Shown piece by piece: positions 17,528 to 27,135 of a stretch of 35,649 nucleotides of DNA. Source of the DNA: Candidatus Subterrananammoxibius californiae (lineage in GTDB: Bacteria > Planctomycetota > Brocadiia > Brocadiales > Subterrananammoxibiaceae); the NCBI GenBank assembly GCA_030586555.1, contig JAURAC010000016.1:37961-73609 (forward strand). The letters run 5' to 3'. Every line of letters begins with the position of its first letter. The stretch's first letter is position 1. The position numbers and the translations under genes are program-made. A model generated the notes under the pieces. That model had not been told where the DNA came from. It saw only the letters and a program-made list of their open reading frames with translations, and made no database searches.

Positions 17528-19051
17528 TCAGACCAAACCCATCAGGGGACATAGAATCATTAAACCACCTACGATAACGAAAAAACCAACGACATCAAAG
17601 ATTATCCCTGCCCTGAGCATTGAGAGGATTGGCACAAGACCTGAACCATAGACAATGGCATTTGGTGGCGTAGAAACGGGTAACATAAAACCAAAGCTTG
17701 CACCGAGGCATGCACCCAGGGCAGGAGGGATTGGTGATATACCTGCCTCTTTCGCAACAGCTATCATAAGAGGAATTACCATATTTGCAGATGCGGTATT
17801 TGACGTTGTCTCGCTTATTATAATTGCCAGCATTGTACCAACGGCTGTTATGCCCCACAGGCTTGATACCCCTGTTATGTCTATTAAAGCCTTCCCCATC
17901 GCATCTGCAAGACCTGTGGAAAACATGAGCTTACCGAGGCTCAAGCCTCCGCCGAATAAAAGTATTGTGCCCCAGTTTATTTTTACAGCCCTTTCCCAGT
18001 GTATTGTAAACCTCTTTTCCTTCCAGTTAACAGGTAGGACAAAAAGCAGCGACGCCCCCAGCACAGCCACAATACCTTCATCAAGTCTGTTGCTTAAGTA
18101 TATTGAAAAACATGCATCCTTTCCAAGAACCATGGAAACAAGGCTCGGAAGTATCCACAAAAAGACCGTTACTGAAAATGCTATAGCAGTATTTATCTCA
18201 CCCCTGCTCCATCTGCCGAGCCTTTCCCTTACCTTTTTTACATAACCTTTAACCCCCTCAAGGCTGACCGTATCGGGTGGGTAAAGAAATCTAATCAAGA
18301 GATATAGAAAGGCAAACATTACAATTGTAAGTGGCAGGGCAAACCTCATCCATTCAAAAAACGTTATCTTTACACCTGCAAGATTTTGTATAAAGCCTAT
18401 GCCTATCAGGTTTGGCGGCGTTCCTATTGGCGTTGCTATTCCACCAACAGAGGCGCCGTATGCAACAATCAGCATCATACCCGTTGCATATCTGCTGCTT
18501 GCTATATTTGTATCCTTACCTGCCTCTTTGTGAATTCCGTCCATTGCCTTAAGCACACCAATGGTTATAGGGAGCATTGTTGCGGCTGTAGCAGTATTGC
18601 TAATCCACATCGAGAGAACTGCTGATATACCACCGCAGGCAAGAAGAACCCTGTAAGGGTTTTCACCTATAAATCTTATTGAAAATACTCCAAATGCCAC
18701 CCGTTTATGAAGGTTATGATGGGTAATTGCCTCCGCAAGGATAAAACTGCCAATAAATAGAAAAATAATTGGGTCTGCAAATGGGGCAAAAACCTCTTTT
18801 GTAGGTGCAACGCCAAGTACAGCATTTAATATAGCCCCGAGAATGGTTGTTACAGGTATTGGAATTGCCTCAGAAACCCATAGGATGAGCACAAGACCCA
18901 GGATTGCTGTGAGCTTGTGGGCTTGTGGGGAAAGGAATTGGATTGGCACGAAGTAAAGAACGAGGAAGACTATAGGACCAAGAAAGAAGCCAACGCTTCT
19001 CCTCCATCTCTCAAACTTTTGCTCTGCTGGTGATAGGACCTCTCTTGCCAT
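17528..19051 (-). CDS. DASS/SLC13 family sodium-coupled anion symporter
   Basis: SMWISNTATA, GTPPN, SNTA, FMLPVSTPPNAIV; many transmembrane segments. Confidence 0.92.
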   Translation of the reverse strand: MAREVLSPAEQKFERWRRSVGFFLGPIVFLVLYFVPIQFLSPQAHKLTAILGLVLILWVSEAIPIPVTTILGAILNAVLGVAPTKEVFAPFADPIIFLFIGSFILAEAITHHNLHKRVAFGVFSIRFIGENPYRVLLACGGISAVLSMWISNTATAATMLPITIGVLKAMDGIHKEAGKDTNIASSRYATGMMLIVAYGASVGGIATPIGTPPNLIGIGFIQNLAGVKITFFEWMRFALPLTIVMFAFLYLLIRFLYPPDTVSLEGVKGYVKKVRERLGRWSRGEINTAIAFSVTVFLWILPSLVSMVLGKDACFSIYLSNRLDEGIVAVLGASLLFVLPVNWKEKRFTIHWERAVKINWGTILLFGGGLSLGKLMFSTGLADAMGKALIDITGVSSLWGITAVGTMLAIIISETTSNTASANMVIPLMIAVAKEAGISPIPPALGACLGASFGFMLPVSTPPNAIVYGSGLVPILSMLRAGIIFDVVGFFVIVGGLMILCPLMGLV

Positions 19052-19065
19052 AGTGATTACCAGTT

Positions 19066-19278
19066 AAAATTCAAAACCCTAATAGCTAAATCCTAAACAA
19101 TATCAAAATCCTAATTTTCTAAATTCCAAATCCGCCCGAAGCTGAGGGTGGCATGGACAAACTTGTTTGTCCGTGCCCACTCACGGACAAGCCTTGCTTG
19201 TCCATGCCACCCTGTCTTGAGGCTGAATTTGGGACATTGGGATTTATTTAGGGTTTCGGATTTTGAATTTCGGATTTA
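19066..19278. repeat. Inverted AAATCCT-type heptamer array with a nested GGTGGCATGGACAAAC...GTCCATGCCACC element (19145-19213)
   Basis: Inner element nearly identical to 23127-23195. Confidence 0.85.
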
Positions 19279-19280
19279 TG

Positions 19281-20042
19281 TTAAAAACCTGCCCCTGCTA
19301 TTGTAAGCACATAGACCTTCTCGCCTCCTGCAGCCTTTATAACCCTTGCACATTCTGAGGCGGTTACGCCGGTGGTCAGGACATCATCAATTAGAAGCAC
19401 CCTTCTTTTTTTGAACTCCTCTGTCCTTTTTAAGGCGAAGGCGCCGCGCATGTTTTGCTGCCGCTCAGTGCGGGAAAGTTTTATCTGAGGAATGGTGTTC
19501 CTTATGCGGTACAGGTTGTTAGTAGAAACTGGCAGAAGGAGATGCTTACTAATCTTTTTCGCTAATAATTCTGATTGGTTGAATCCACGCTTAAACCTCC
19601 TCCACCAGAATAATGGGACGGGGACAACCACATCAACTTCTTTCTTGAGATTATTTAGATTCAAACCTGTCTGTGTGTTGCACGCAGAGAGATGATTAAT
19701 TAATATTTCTACCAGTGGCTCAGCAAGAAAATCAACGTAATTATATTTGAACCTGTGGATGAGTTCCCTGATTACGCCTTCAAACTTGGCGGCGTAAGAA
19801 GTCCCGTCAAACATAACCTTAAAGCCTCGACATCTCGTACAGCCCCCGTCTGAGGCACTGACAAATGGTCCCAACTCGTAGCCGCATATTAAACATCTAT
19901 TCTCCCCCACGTAGCGTATATTTTTAAGACAATCTTCGCAAATGTAGGATTTCTTTTCTGTGAAAATATCCCTATCACAGCTAAAGCATCGGGGAGGGAA
20001 GACTATGTCTAACAAGGCTCTAAAATAGGTCTTGATGGTCAT
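19281..20042 (-). CDS. comF: ComF family protein (double zinc ribbon plus PRT domain); start reassigned to ATG 20042
   Basis: FPPRC..C, VPVP, RGFNQS, LIDDVLTTGVT. Confidence 0.88.
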   Translation of the reverse strand: MTIKTYFRALLDIVFPPRCFSCDRDIFTEKKSYICEDCLKNIRYVGENRCLICGYELGPFVSASDGGCTRCRGFKVMFDGTSYAAKFEGVIRELIHRFKYNYVDFLAEPLVEILINHLSACNTQTGLNLNNLKKEVDVVVPVPLFWWRRFKRGFNQSELLAKKISKHLLLPVSTNNLYRIRNTIPQIKLSRTERQQNMRGAFALKRTEEFKKRRVLLIDDVLTTGVTASECARVIKAAGGEKVYVLTIAGAGF

Positions 20043-20060
20043 GCTTTCTTCAAAAACACT

Positions 20061-20141
20061 GGTAGACAACGATGTTTACCATCGTTGAATCAACGAACAT
20101 AAAGTTCCACGTCATGCCGACATGGCATGGCGTTTTCTACC
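20061..20141. repeat. GGTAGACAACGA element (inverted copy of 1876-1932) carrying an extra palindromic insert
   Basis: Reverse-complement match with CACGTCATGCCGACATGGCATGG inserted. Confidence 0.8.
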
Positions 20142-20146
20142 AATTT

Positions 20147-21829
20147 TCAAAAAGGTGAATTTGAAATAAGAATCAAATGTTCGTCTTTATAAAACACCTC
20201 TTTTTCAAACTTCACCATTGCCTTCAAGTTTTCATCCAGCGATTGATAGTCGCTTATTTGCATAATCAAGTATATTGGCTTACTCGATGTTAATGCCCTG
20301 TGGATATCTTCTTTTTTCTTCAGCGTTGGCAGTACACGATTCATATAGAAATTAAGAGGCTCAGTATATTTGACTGGAAGGTTGTATGCCTGAAGTTCAT
20401 CCTCCTTTACATATGTTGATACATTTCTCGCTAATTCCCTGCCGGGCGAGTGGTGAACGTCCTCAACGGATAGCGCATGGACGTGAATAAGCTGCGCAAT
20501 AATATAAAAAGCAGTAATCACTGCAAACGACCATCGGTGGAGCTTCGCTCTTTTATAATAGTACAATAATAGGATTGCGCATAGGAAAATAATGCTTATA
20601 CACACAGTTATTGGAAACAGATATTGATATTTGAACAAAAAGAATACCGGGGCTGCAACCAGGACAATGAGCAAGATTATGAGAGAGGCAATACTGGAAA
20701 TGTTCATCCATAACCCTAAGGCTGAAGGCTTAAGGCTGAGGGCGGAAGAACCCTTCCCCTTCAGCCTATCCCCTTCAGCCTTCAGCCTAAGAACGTAATC
20801 CCACATGCCTCCTACCATCAAAGCGAGCGCAGGATAGGCGGGCAGCATATAACGGGCATTCTTGGTTTTTGGAATAGATAATATGACAAGCATAATTCCA
20901 AACCATATCAGCGGAAAGTAGCTATCTTTATTTGAGTGCCACGGACAAACTCGTTTGTCCGTGCCACCCTCCCTCCGTGATTTTGAGAAAAGATAAAAGA
21001 AGGCGGCGGGAAGAAAAACGCTCCATGGGAAAAAACGTTTAGGCACTTCAATGAGATAAAAATAGAGGGGTTCTCTGCGGGTGAAAATATCCGCTTCTTG
21101 CAGTTCTGACAGGGTGATAGCGAAGCCGCCGAGCTTCTTGCACAGCAGTATGGGCCAGGGTAAGACAATAGAGGCAAAAACAATGATTCCAAAAAGGTAC
21201 GGCAGCTTACAAAAGGCTTTTAAATCCTTTTTATATACAAGAAAGGCAATAGCTATAGATACAGGAATAATAAAACCAGTGGGCCCTTTTACCATTACCG
21301 CCAAACCCGCCGAAGCGCAAAACAAGAGGAAATACAAGAGTCGTTTCCGTTCATTTTGCGTATTGTAACTTGTATAAAACAAAAAAAGAGATAGTACGAT
21401 GAAGAAGCACAAAAGCATATCTGTTTGAGCAGCCCGTGCATGCCAGGAAAATTCATAGCATGAAAGTAAGATTAAGCTTGAAAGGAAGCCTGCTCCAGTG
21501 CTCCTGTATATTTGCTTGCCGAAAAAGAATATAACCACTATTCCCAGCAGTGCGCTTACGGCGGAAGGGAGCCTTGCAATAAACGGCGTTACCGCTCCGT
21601 AGATATGGGCAGGTATGGCAACAAACCAGAAAAATAAAGGAGGTTTATGGAGGTAAATTTCCCCATTATGGCGCATCACTATCCAATCGCCTGATTGAGC
21701 CATTTCCCTGGCAACCTCGGCATAGAGGATGCGGTCCCTGTTCTCAAGGCTTCTACCACCCAATTTAAAAAACAAGGAGATAAAACTAATCAGGATTAGG
21801 AATAATAGCAGTACCCTTTCTTGCTTCAT
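20147..21829 (-). CDS. ArnT/PMT-like membrane glycosyltransferase (GT39/GT83) A; start reassigned to ATG 21829
   Basis: YAEVAREM, KPPLFFW, ARLPSA, KGPTG, RYMLPAYPALA. Confidence 0.88.
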   Translation of the reverse strand: MKQERVLLLFLILISFISLFFKLGGRSLENRDRILYAEVAREMAQSGDWIVMRHNGEIYLHKPPLFFWFVAIPAHIYGAVTPFIARLPSAVSALLGIVVIFFFGKQIYRSTGAGFLSSLILLSCYEFSWHARAAQTDMLLCFFIVLSLFLFYTSYNTQNERKRLLYFLLFCASAGLAVMVKGPTGFIIPVSIAIAFLVYKKDLKAFCKLPYLFGIIVFASIVLPWPILLCKKLGGFAITLSELQEADIFTRREPLYFYLIEVPKRFFPWSVFLPAAFFYLFSKSRREGGTDKRVCPWHSNKDSYFPLIWFGIMLVILSIPKTKNARYMLPAYPALALMVGGMWDYVLRLKAEGDRLKGKGSSALSLKPSALGLWMNISSIASLIILLIVLVAAPVFFLFKYQYLFPITVCISIIFLCAILLLYYYKRAKLHRWSFAVITAFYIIAQLIHVHALSVEDVHHSPGRELARNVSTYVKEDELQAYNLPVKYTEPLNFYMNRVLPTLKKKEDIHRALTSSKPIYLIMQISDYQSLDENLKAMVKFEKEVFYKDEHLILISNSPF

Positions 21830-21937
21830 GTTTCCTGTTTCCCCGCCGAAAGATTTATTGTAAATTGAAAAGTGCAAATTTAAAATTTTAAATTTACAAT
21901 TTGCATTTTACAATTCGTTTCTCCTGTGTACTGTCTA

Positions 21938-23704
21938 CTACCTACTGTCTACTTTTTTATTGGACACAAGAAGGATTTTTCTGTGTCCTACGCCGTCCTT
22001 TTCCAGGATATGTACTGGAGAGGTTATCTCATTCACAACCTTCTTAAAGTCCTTTTCTTGAATCACAAGTAGAACCCTATTAGTTGAGGCTAAAAGGCTA
22101 TTGAGGGCGCTAACGTCTTGAATAACCTCGATGCGATTCCTGTCGGTATAATACAGATACGTGGGCTTAAAGAATCCGTAAATTGCCCAAACATCGTTAG
22201 TGCGCATTATATTGCTTGCCTTCTGGCATAGGGATTTTGAGGATTTCTCATCATTGATTACAGGGATAACCAATTCTTTGGCAAGGGAAAATGTGAGAAG
22301 TGTAAATAGAAACGTTGTCATGAGCGCATGGAGAGGCTTCTTAAGATAAAGCAATACAATTGCAAGGATTGCCCCACCAGCCGCTGACACACATGTAAGG
22401 GCGTATTGTCCGCCAAAAAAATTGGCGGACTCGCCAATCCTTTGGGCGAGCAATACGCCCCTACCATGGAAATACCTCGGTGCATACAAGGGTAATGCGA
22501 TGCTAAGTATCAAAAGAATGCCGTAAAGGATATATCCCGGCAGATAACCAATCCACCTAAATACCCTGCCTGTAGGGGCAGGTTTCAAACCTGCCCCTAC
22601 AAAGCTATCGAGAAACCATGCTACCATTATGGACGCTGCTGGATAAAGAGGAAGGATGTATATATTTCTCTTTCCAGAGGAAATCGTAAAGAATCCAAAA
22701 AAAGCGGCAAACCATAGGATAGGAAACAGCATCTCCCGCCTTTTTTCTTTTTCAAAAAGGGCATAAATAAAGGCGCCCGGGATAAAGAACGTCCAGGGCA
22801 AAAAACTTAGGGGAAAGTTTATGAAAAAATAATAGAAGGGTTGGCTATGGTCCCATGGCTCAGAAAATCTTCCAATATTCTGTCTGAAAAGGATTTCATT
22901 CATATAGCCATGCCCGCCTTTAATAGACGCAGCAATGACCCAACCGAAGACAATCAAGCAGAATATTGCAAACCCTTTACCCAATTCCATTTTACGCAGC
23001 AAACGGAGCTTCTTTTGTACGGCAAGGTATAGAAGAATGGTTATAAAGGTCGGTATAAAGCCCGCAGGTCCTTTGGTCAGTACGGCAAGTGCAAGAAATA
23101 CATAAAAAAGCCAAAAGAAGGCTGAAGGTGGCATGGACAAACTTGTTTGTCCGTGCCCACCACTCACGGACAAGCCTTGCTTGTCCATGCCACCCTGAGG
23201 CGTTCCCCCTTCAGCCTTTAGCCTATCCTGACCCTTAAGAAAGTAAATGAGGGACATAATGACAAAGAAGGTAAGCACCACATCAAAGGCAACCCTGTGT
23301 GACATCCATAAAAATAGGGCGCTGGTGGGAAGTATCAAGGCGGCGAGATACCCTACCCGATTACTAACAAATCTTCTCCCCATAGAAAAAGTTGCGAGCA
23401 TGCACCCTATGCCTGCCAACGCAGAAGGCAGGCGTGCCGATAGCTCTGTGACGTCTCCAAAGGGCAGTGAAAAGAGGATTATGAGCCAGAATAATAACGG
23501 TGGTTTTTGGGAATAGATTTCTCCGTTCAGATGAGGAAGGATAAAATCCTTGCTTATCCACATCTCCCTTGCCACCTGCGCATACGTGGGTTCATCTGGC
23601 GCCCAGAGGTCCCTCTTGCCTAAATCAAAAAAGAATAAAGCCGAAGAAAACAGGATTAGGAGGATAGGTAAAAGGCGGGTCTTTGTCCAGATAGTATTTT
23701 CCAT
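21938..23704 (-). CDS. ArnT/PMT-like membrane glycosyltransferase (GT39/GT83) B
   Basis: DEP.YAQVAREM, KPPLLFW, ARLPSA, LTKGP, YILPLYPA. Confidence 0.88.
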   Translation of the reverse strand: MENTIWTKTRLLPILLILFSSALFFFDLGKRDLWAPDEPTYAQVAREMWISKDFILPHLNGEIYSQKPPLLFWLIILFSLPFGDVTELSARLPSALAGIGCMLATFSMGRRFVSNRVGYLAALILPTSALFLWMSHRVAFDVVLTFFVIMSLIYFLKGQDRLKAEGGTPQGGMDKQGLSVSGGHGQTSLSMPPSAFFWLFYVFLALAVLTKGPAGFIPTFITILLYLAVQKKLRLLRKMELGKGFAIFCLIVFGWVIAASIKGGHGYMNEILFRQNIGRFSEPWDHSQPFYYFFINFPLSFLPWTFFIPGAFIYALFEKEKRREMLFPILWFAAFFGFFTISSGKRNIYILPLYPAASIMVAWFLDSFVGAGLKPAPTGRVFRWIGYLPGYILYGILLILSIALPLYAPRYFHGRGVLLAQRIGESANFFGGQYALTCVSAAGGAILAIVLLYLKKPLHALMTTFLFTLLTFSLAKELVIPVINDEKSSKSLCQKASNIMRTNDVWAIYGFFKPTYLYYTDRNRIEVIQDVSALNSLLASTNRVLLVIQEKDFKKVVNEITSPVHILEKDGVGHRKILLVSNKKVDSR

Positions 23705-23812
23705 GAAATTAATAGGGTTAAGAGTTGAGAATCGTCCAATCTCGTTTAATTGGTTTTATTAGTTGAATTGGTTAAAACCAACAAAACCAATAAAACCAAT
23801 GGAACGTTTTCT

Positions 23813-24523
23813 TCACTCATTGACTATCTCATAGTTAAGCCGGCGCTTCTTCATCCATCGAACCACGAGGAGGTCATAAAATGCCCTGAACATCCTGTTT
23901 CTAATGCCGTATTTGGACACCCCGTGCTTTCTTGGAAAATGGTTTACCTTGACCTCTGTAACAGTAAAGCCTTCCATCTTAAATAGTGTCGGCAGGAAGC
24001 GGTGCAATCCATTATAGAGCTTTATCTTATTAAGGCATTCCCTCTTATAAGCCTTGAGGGAACAGCCAATATCCTTAATGTCTTCATCTGACAACTTATT
24101 CCTGATAAAGTTTGCAACTTTAGCCGAGATACGCCTGACCCATGGGTCGTTCCTCTTATGTCTCCATCCACAGACGACATCGTGGGATTTAAGACCCTCC
24201 AGCAGTAGTGGAATATCATTCGGGTCGTTCTGGAGGTCTGCATCCATTGAGACGACAAATTTACCCATTGCAGCCTTAAACCCTGCATCCATCGCCGCCG
24301 TCTGGCCAGCGTTGTGTTTAAACACGATGGTTCTGAAATTCGGAGTCTCGCTGCATATTTTCTTAAGGACTAATCTGCTGCCATCCGTGCTGCCATCATC
24401 AACGAATATGACCTCGTAACTGTATCCAGTCTTTTCCATTACATCAACAAGAGCAGATGCTAAGATTAGTACGTTTTCTTCTTCATTATAGACTGGAATC
24501 ACAATTGAAACTTCTGGTATCAT
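23813..24523 (-). CDS. Glycosyltransferase family 2 (ArnC/DPM1-like polyprenol-phosphate GT); start reassigned to ATG 24523
   Basis: IPVYNEE, VDDGSTDGS, MDADLQNDP, HRFLP, GVSKYG. Confidence 0.9.
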   Translation of the reverse strand: MIPEVSIVIPVYNEEENVLILASALVDVMEKTGYSYEVIFVDDGSTDGSRLVLKKICSETPNFRTIVFKHNAGQTAAMDAGFKAAMGKFVVSMDADLQNDPNDIPLLLEGLKSHDVVCGWRHKRNDPWVRRISAKVANFIRNKLSDEDIKDIGCSLKAYKRECLNKIKLYNGLHRFLPTLFKMEGFTVTEVKVNHFPRKHGVSKYGIRNRMFRAFYDLLVVRWMKKRRLNYEIVNE

Positions 24524-24659
24524 GCGAGTTGTAGTTTTATTAAAATCTTCCAAAAATTAAAAGGGAATTATACTCAAAGAGGTGTCTAAAAGCCATAGAA
24601 AAACCCTGCCCGACGGATGGCAGGCGGGGAGTATATGTTGGGATGGGGAAAAAACAAGC

Positions 24660-24694
24660 AGGGGTATCCCCTGATTTAACCAGGGGCTACCCCT
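24660..24694 (-). terminator. Hairpin downstream of secreted paralog 2
   Basis: AGGGGTA-TCCCCTG...CAGGGGC-TACCCCT, followed by a T-run on the minus strand; homologous hairpin at 25377-25408. Confidence 0.6.
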
Positions 24695-24723
24695 ATAATT
24701 GAAAATACGGTAGTTAAGATTAA

Positions 24724-25233
24724 CTATCTAACCTTGAAGCCGGGATTTTGGCTCCTGCCATCAATAGCGTCACTGTCATTAAATGTGCCATCCTGGTTGG
24801 CATCAACAACTATGTCGTAGGAACCATCTGTTAATGGGTTACCCCATATCATTGGGCAGGAGAATTTACCTTGGGAGTCAGTTGCAACCGTTTCTACGCC
24901 ATCGGTGCTTACATCTTGAGGGTCTGAAGGGTTAAGAGGACCAAATCTATCACCCAAGTGCCACTTTTTATTCTCAGTCACATAAATATCAACATTAGTT
25001 AAAGGCGGGAAATGCTCCCCTTTTGCATGAACATCATCTGACGTCTTGAACCTATTTTGTGTTTTGCATTCACAATTTATATTAGGTGATTCGCCTGTAC
25101 ACTTCCGCTTAGACGACCTGACCTTGGGTTTGGGGTTATCCTCATTGGCAAAGACAGTAAAAAGTGGGTAAGAAATTACGGCAGATAATACAACTACAAC
25201 AAACCCCGTCCAGAGCATTTTTCCCCTCTTCAT
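24724..25233 (-). CDS. Secreted hypothetical protein (Ig-like?, DxNxDG Ca-binding-like motif), paralog 2
   Basis: Signal peptide (VFA|NE); YDIVVDANQDGTF; Cys pairs. Confidence 0.75.
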   Translation of the reverse strand: MKRGKMLWTGFVVVVLSAVISYPLFTVFANEDNPKPKVRSSKRKCTGESPNINCECKTQNRFKTSDDVHAKGEHFPPLTNVDIYVTENKKWHLGDRFGPLNPSDPQDVSTDGVETVATDSQGKFSCPMIWGNPLTDGSYDIVVDANQDGTFNDSDAIDGRSQNPGFKVR

Positions 25234-25438
25234 AAAAATATACCCCTTTCTTCTAATTAAAAATTCATGCTTCTAACGGATACTAATTTTCCCCCCCGTC
25301 CAGTCGTACATATATACCACAAAATAAAAAATTATCAAGAAAAAAATTCAAGCCGAAGGTACGAAGTAAAAAAATCGGGGCAACCCCTTATTAATCAGGG
25401 GCTGCCCCTGCAATTGAAAATGTGGTGTTTAAAATGAA

Positions 25439-25909
25439 CTATCTAACCTTGAAGCCGGGATTTTGACTCTTACCATCAACGGCGTCGGTACACTTGTCAA
25501 ATGTGCCACTCTGATTGGCATCTACTACTATGTCGTAAGACCCTTTTATTAATGTATCTCCCCATATTATTGGGCAGGAAAACTTACCATTGGAGTCAGT
25601 TGCAACCGTTTCCACGCCATCGGTGCTTACATCGGAAATAGGGTCGCCTTGGTTCCACTTTCTGTTTTCAGTTACATAAATGTCAACGTTAGTTAAGGGT
25701 TGGAAATGCTCCCCTTTTGCACGAACATCGTCTGACGTCTTAAAATTATTTTGTGTTTTGCATTTCTGGCCCTTTTGTATAGACGACCTGACCTTAGGAC
25801 AATCATCGTCATCATCCCCATTGGCGAAGGTAAAAGACAGCGGGCAAGAAACCATAGCGAATAAAGCAACAATACCCAATGACCTCAACAGCAACATTCG
25901 CATCTTCAT
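25439..25909 (-). CDS. Secreted hypothetical protein, paralog 1 of 24724-25233
   Basis: Near-colinear sequence; shared C-terminus SQNPGFKVR; RBS AAAGGAG. Confidence 0.75.
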   Translation of the reverse strand: MKMRMLLLRSLGIVALFAMVSCPLSFTFANGDDDDDCPKVRSSIQKGQKCKTQNNFKTSDDVRAKGEHFQPLTNVDIYVTENRKWNQGDPISDVSTDGVETVATDSNGKFSCPIIWGDTLIKGSYDIVVDANQSGTFDKCTDAVDGKSQNPGFKVR

Positions 25910-25963
25910 AACTTAATACTCCTTTCTTCTTCTCATATATAAACGGACAATCTACTTTTAACT

Positions 25964-26001
25964 TTCTGTGATAATTATATCACAAGAAGAAAGATTGTCA
26001 A
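25964..26001 (-). promoter_or_regulatory. Near-consensus sigma-70 promoter overlapped by a palindrome
   Basis: TTGACA-N16-TATAAT with TG extension; TGTGAT-ATAATT-ATCACA covers the -10 box. Confidence 0.65.
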
Positions 26002-26092
26002 TAAAATTGAATGCCACCCCTCATGCAGACTACCCTGCGGGGTGGCATCAACCTTTCATGTCACATAGGACTGGTGAAGGTTATAAAAGGTT

Positions 26093-26629
26093 TTACTTTA
26101 CCTCTACCTGTGTAGCAATCAGGTTGCCTGATGAATCTACCATTACCTTTGCCTCCACTTGTTTTCCTACTGTCATTGGTAGTTTGCCCTTTACTAATGC
26201 GCCAGTGGTGTCAATATCCGAGCCGAGCACTGTGATGATGTTGCCTGCTATTGCCGTGATAATGCCTTTAATCTCGCCAGAAGAAGAGGGTCCTTTATCC
26301 TCGAGGCTAACAAATGTCGCTACACCATTATTGTAGTAGCCCTTTACCTCTATTTGGTCCCCAACCTGTACCTGGCTGCAATTGCCGGGTTTGCCAAGTA
26401 TCTTGTAATATTTCACATTTGTAAGGTCAACTTCAACACTATCGTCCAGAACCCTAACTACTTCTAAGTCACAATCTATTGAACTAACGATGCCCTTCAC
26501 CTTTACTTCAGTGCCTTTACTGCTCGAACCTCCGTGACTTGCCATTATGTTTGATTGAATTGTTGACAAAGCAGTAAAACCCACAACAAGCGCAGTTAAG
26601 ACATTCTTTGCATTAAACAAATTTCTCAT
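26093..26629 (-). CDS. Secreted protein with two DUF5666-like (OB-fold-like) domains
   Basis: V.G.V.SID...VGDQIEVKG; IKG.I......VGKQVEAK...LIATQVEVK. Confidence 0.75.
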   Translation of the reverse strand: MRNLFNAKNVLTALVVGFTALSTIQSNIMASHGGSSSKGTEVKVKGIVSSIDCDLEVVRVLDDSVEVDLTNVKYYKILGKPGNCSQVQVGDQIEVKGYYNNGVATFVSLEDKGPSSSGEIKGIITAIAGNIITVLGSDIDTTGALVKGKLPMTVGKQVEAKVMVDSSGNLIATQVEVK

Positions 26630-26777
26630 TTCTATCTCCTAAAAAAGTTCCATTAACAAATTTCTAACCTAACCCGAGTGCCGTTTTCTTAAATTATTCT
26701 TTGTTTATTAATCACCTTCCTTTACCTCTAAATTAAGCTTAATTGATTAAGCATGTTAACTTGCTATTTATCCTTAT

Positions 26778-26793
26778 AGCGAATGATGTGCCA
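26778..26793 (-). promoter_or_regulatory. Sigma-54 (-24/-12) promoter motif
   Basis: TGGCACATCATTCGCT (GG-N10-GC) with an AT-rich region upstream. Confidence 0.6.
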
Positions 26794-27008
26794 CAAAATT
26801 TATGTATGGCATCATGGTCATATATAGGTTGTAATATTTGTAATTACAAAATATTATGTATTTTAATATTTAAACATAAAAGCCGTAAGTATATTTTGAT
26901 ATTTAACTAACTGATAGAAATTTTACAAGATTTTTGTAATACTTGCACACATATCCTTATAGGTGTGATACAAATTTGTTAGCATACGTCCCGGGATTCT
27001 TAATGCAG

Positions 27009-27065
27009 AAAAAAAACGTGCCGCCTTACAGCATTGGTATAGGAGGGGTAAGCTGTAAGACGGCA
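27009..27065 (-). terminator. Intrinsic terminator with a 14-bp stem and a 19-nt loop containing CCTCCT
   Basis: TGCCGTCTTACAGC-loop-GCTGTAAGGCGGCA-CG-T8. Confidence 0.65.
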
Positions 27066-27135
27066 GTTATAGGGGCACGATTTGGCGTGCCCAAAAAGGC
27101 AGGGTTTGAAAAATCAACCCCCTACCTACGTTACG

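Noticed and set aside
20043..20069. ORF-track N-terminal extensions of comF, pfkB (7965), AlpA (29304), trpG (31481), pyrF (32141) and ArnT-A (21877)
   Set aside because: These starts fall in or next to repeat elements; downstream starts match family N-termini better
25968..25985. Canonical CRP/FNR site
   Set aside because: TGTGA-N8-TCACA spacing does not match the N6 consensus; kept only as a generic operator palindrome
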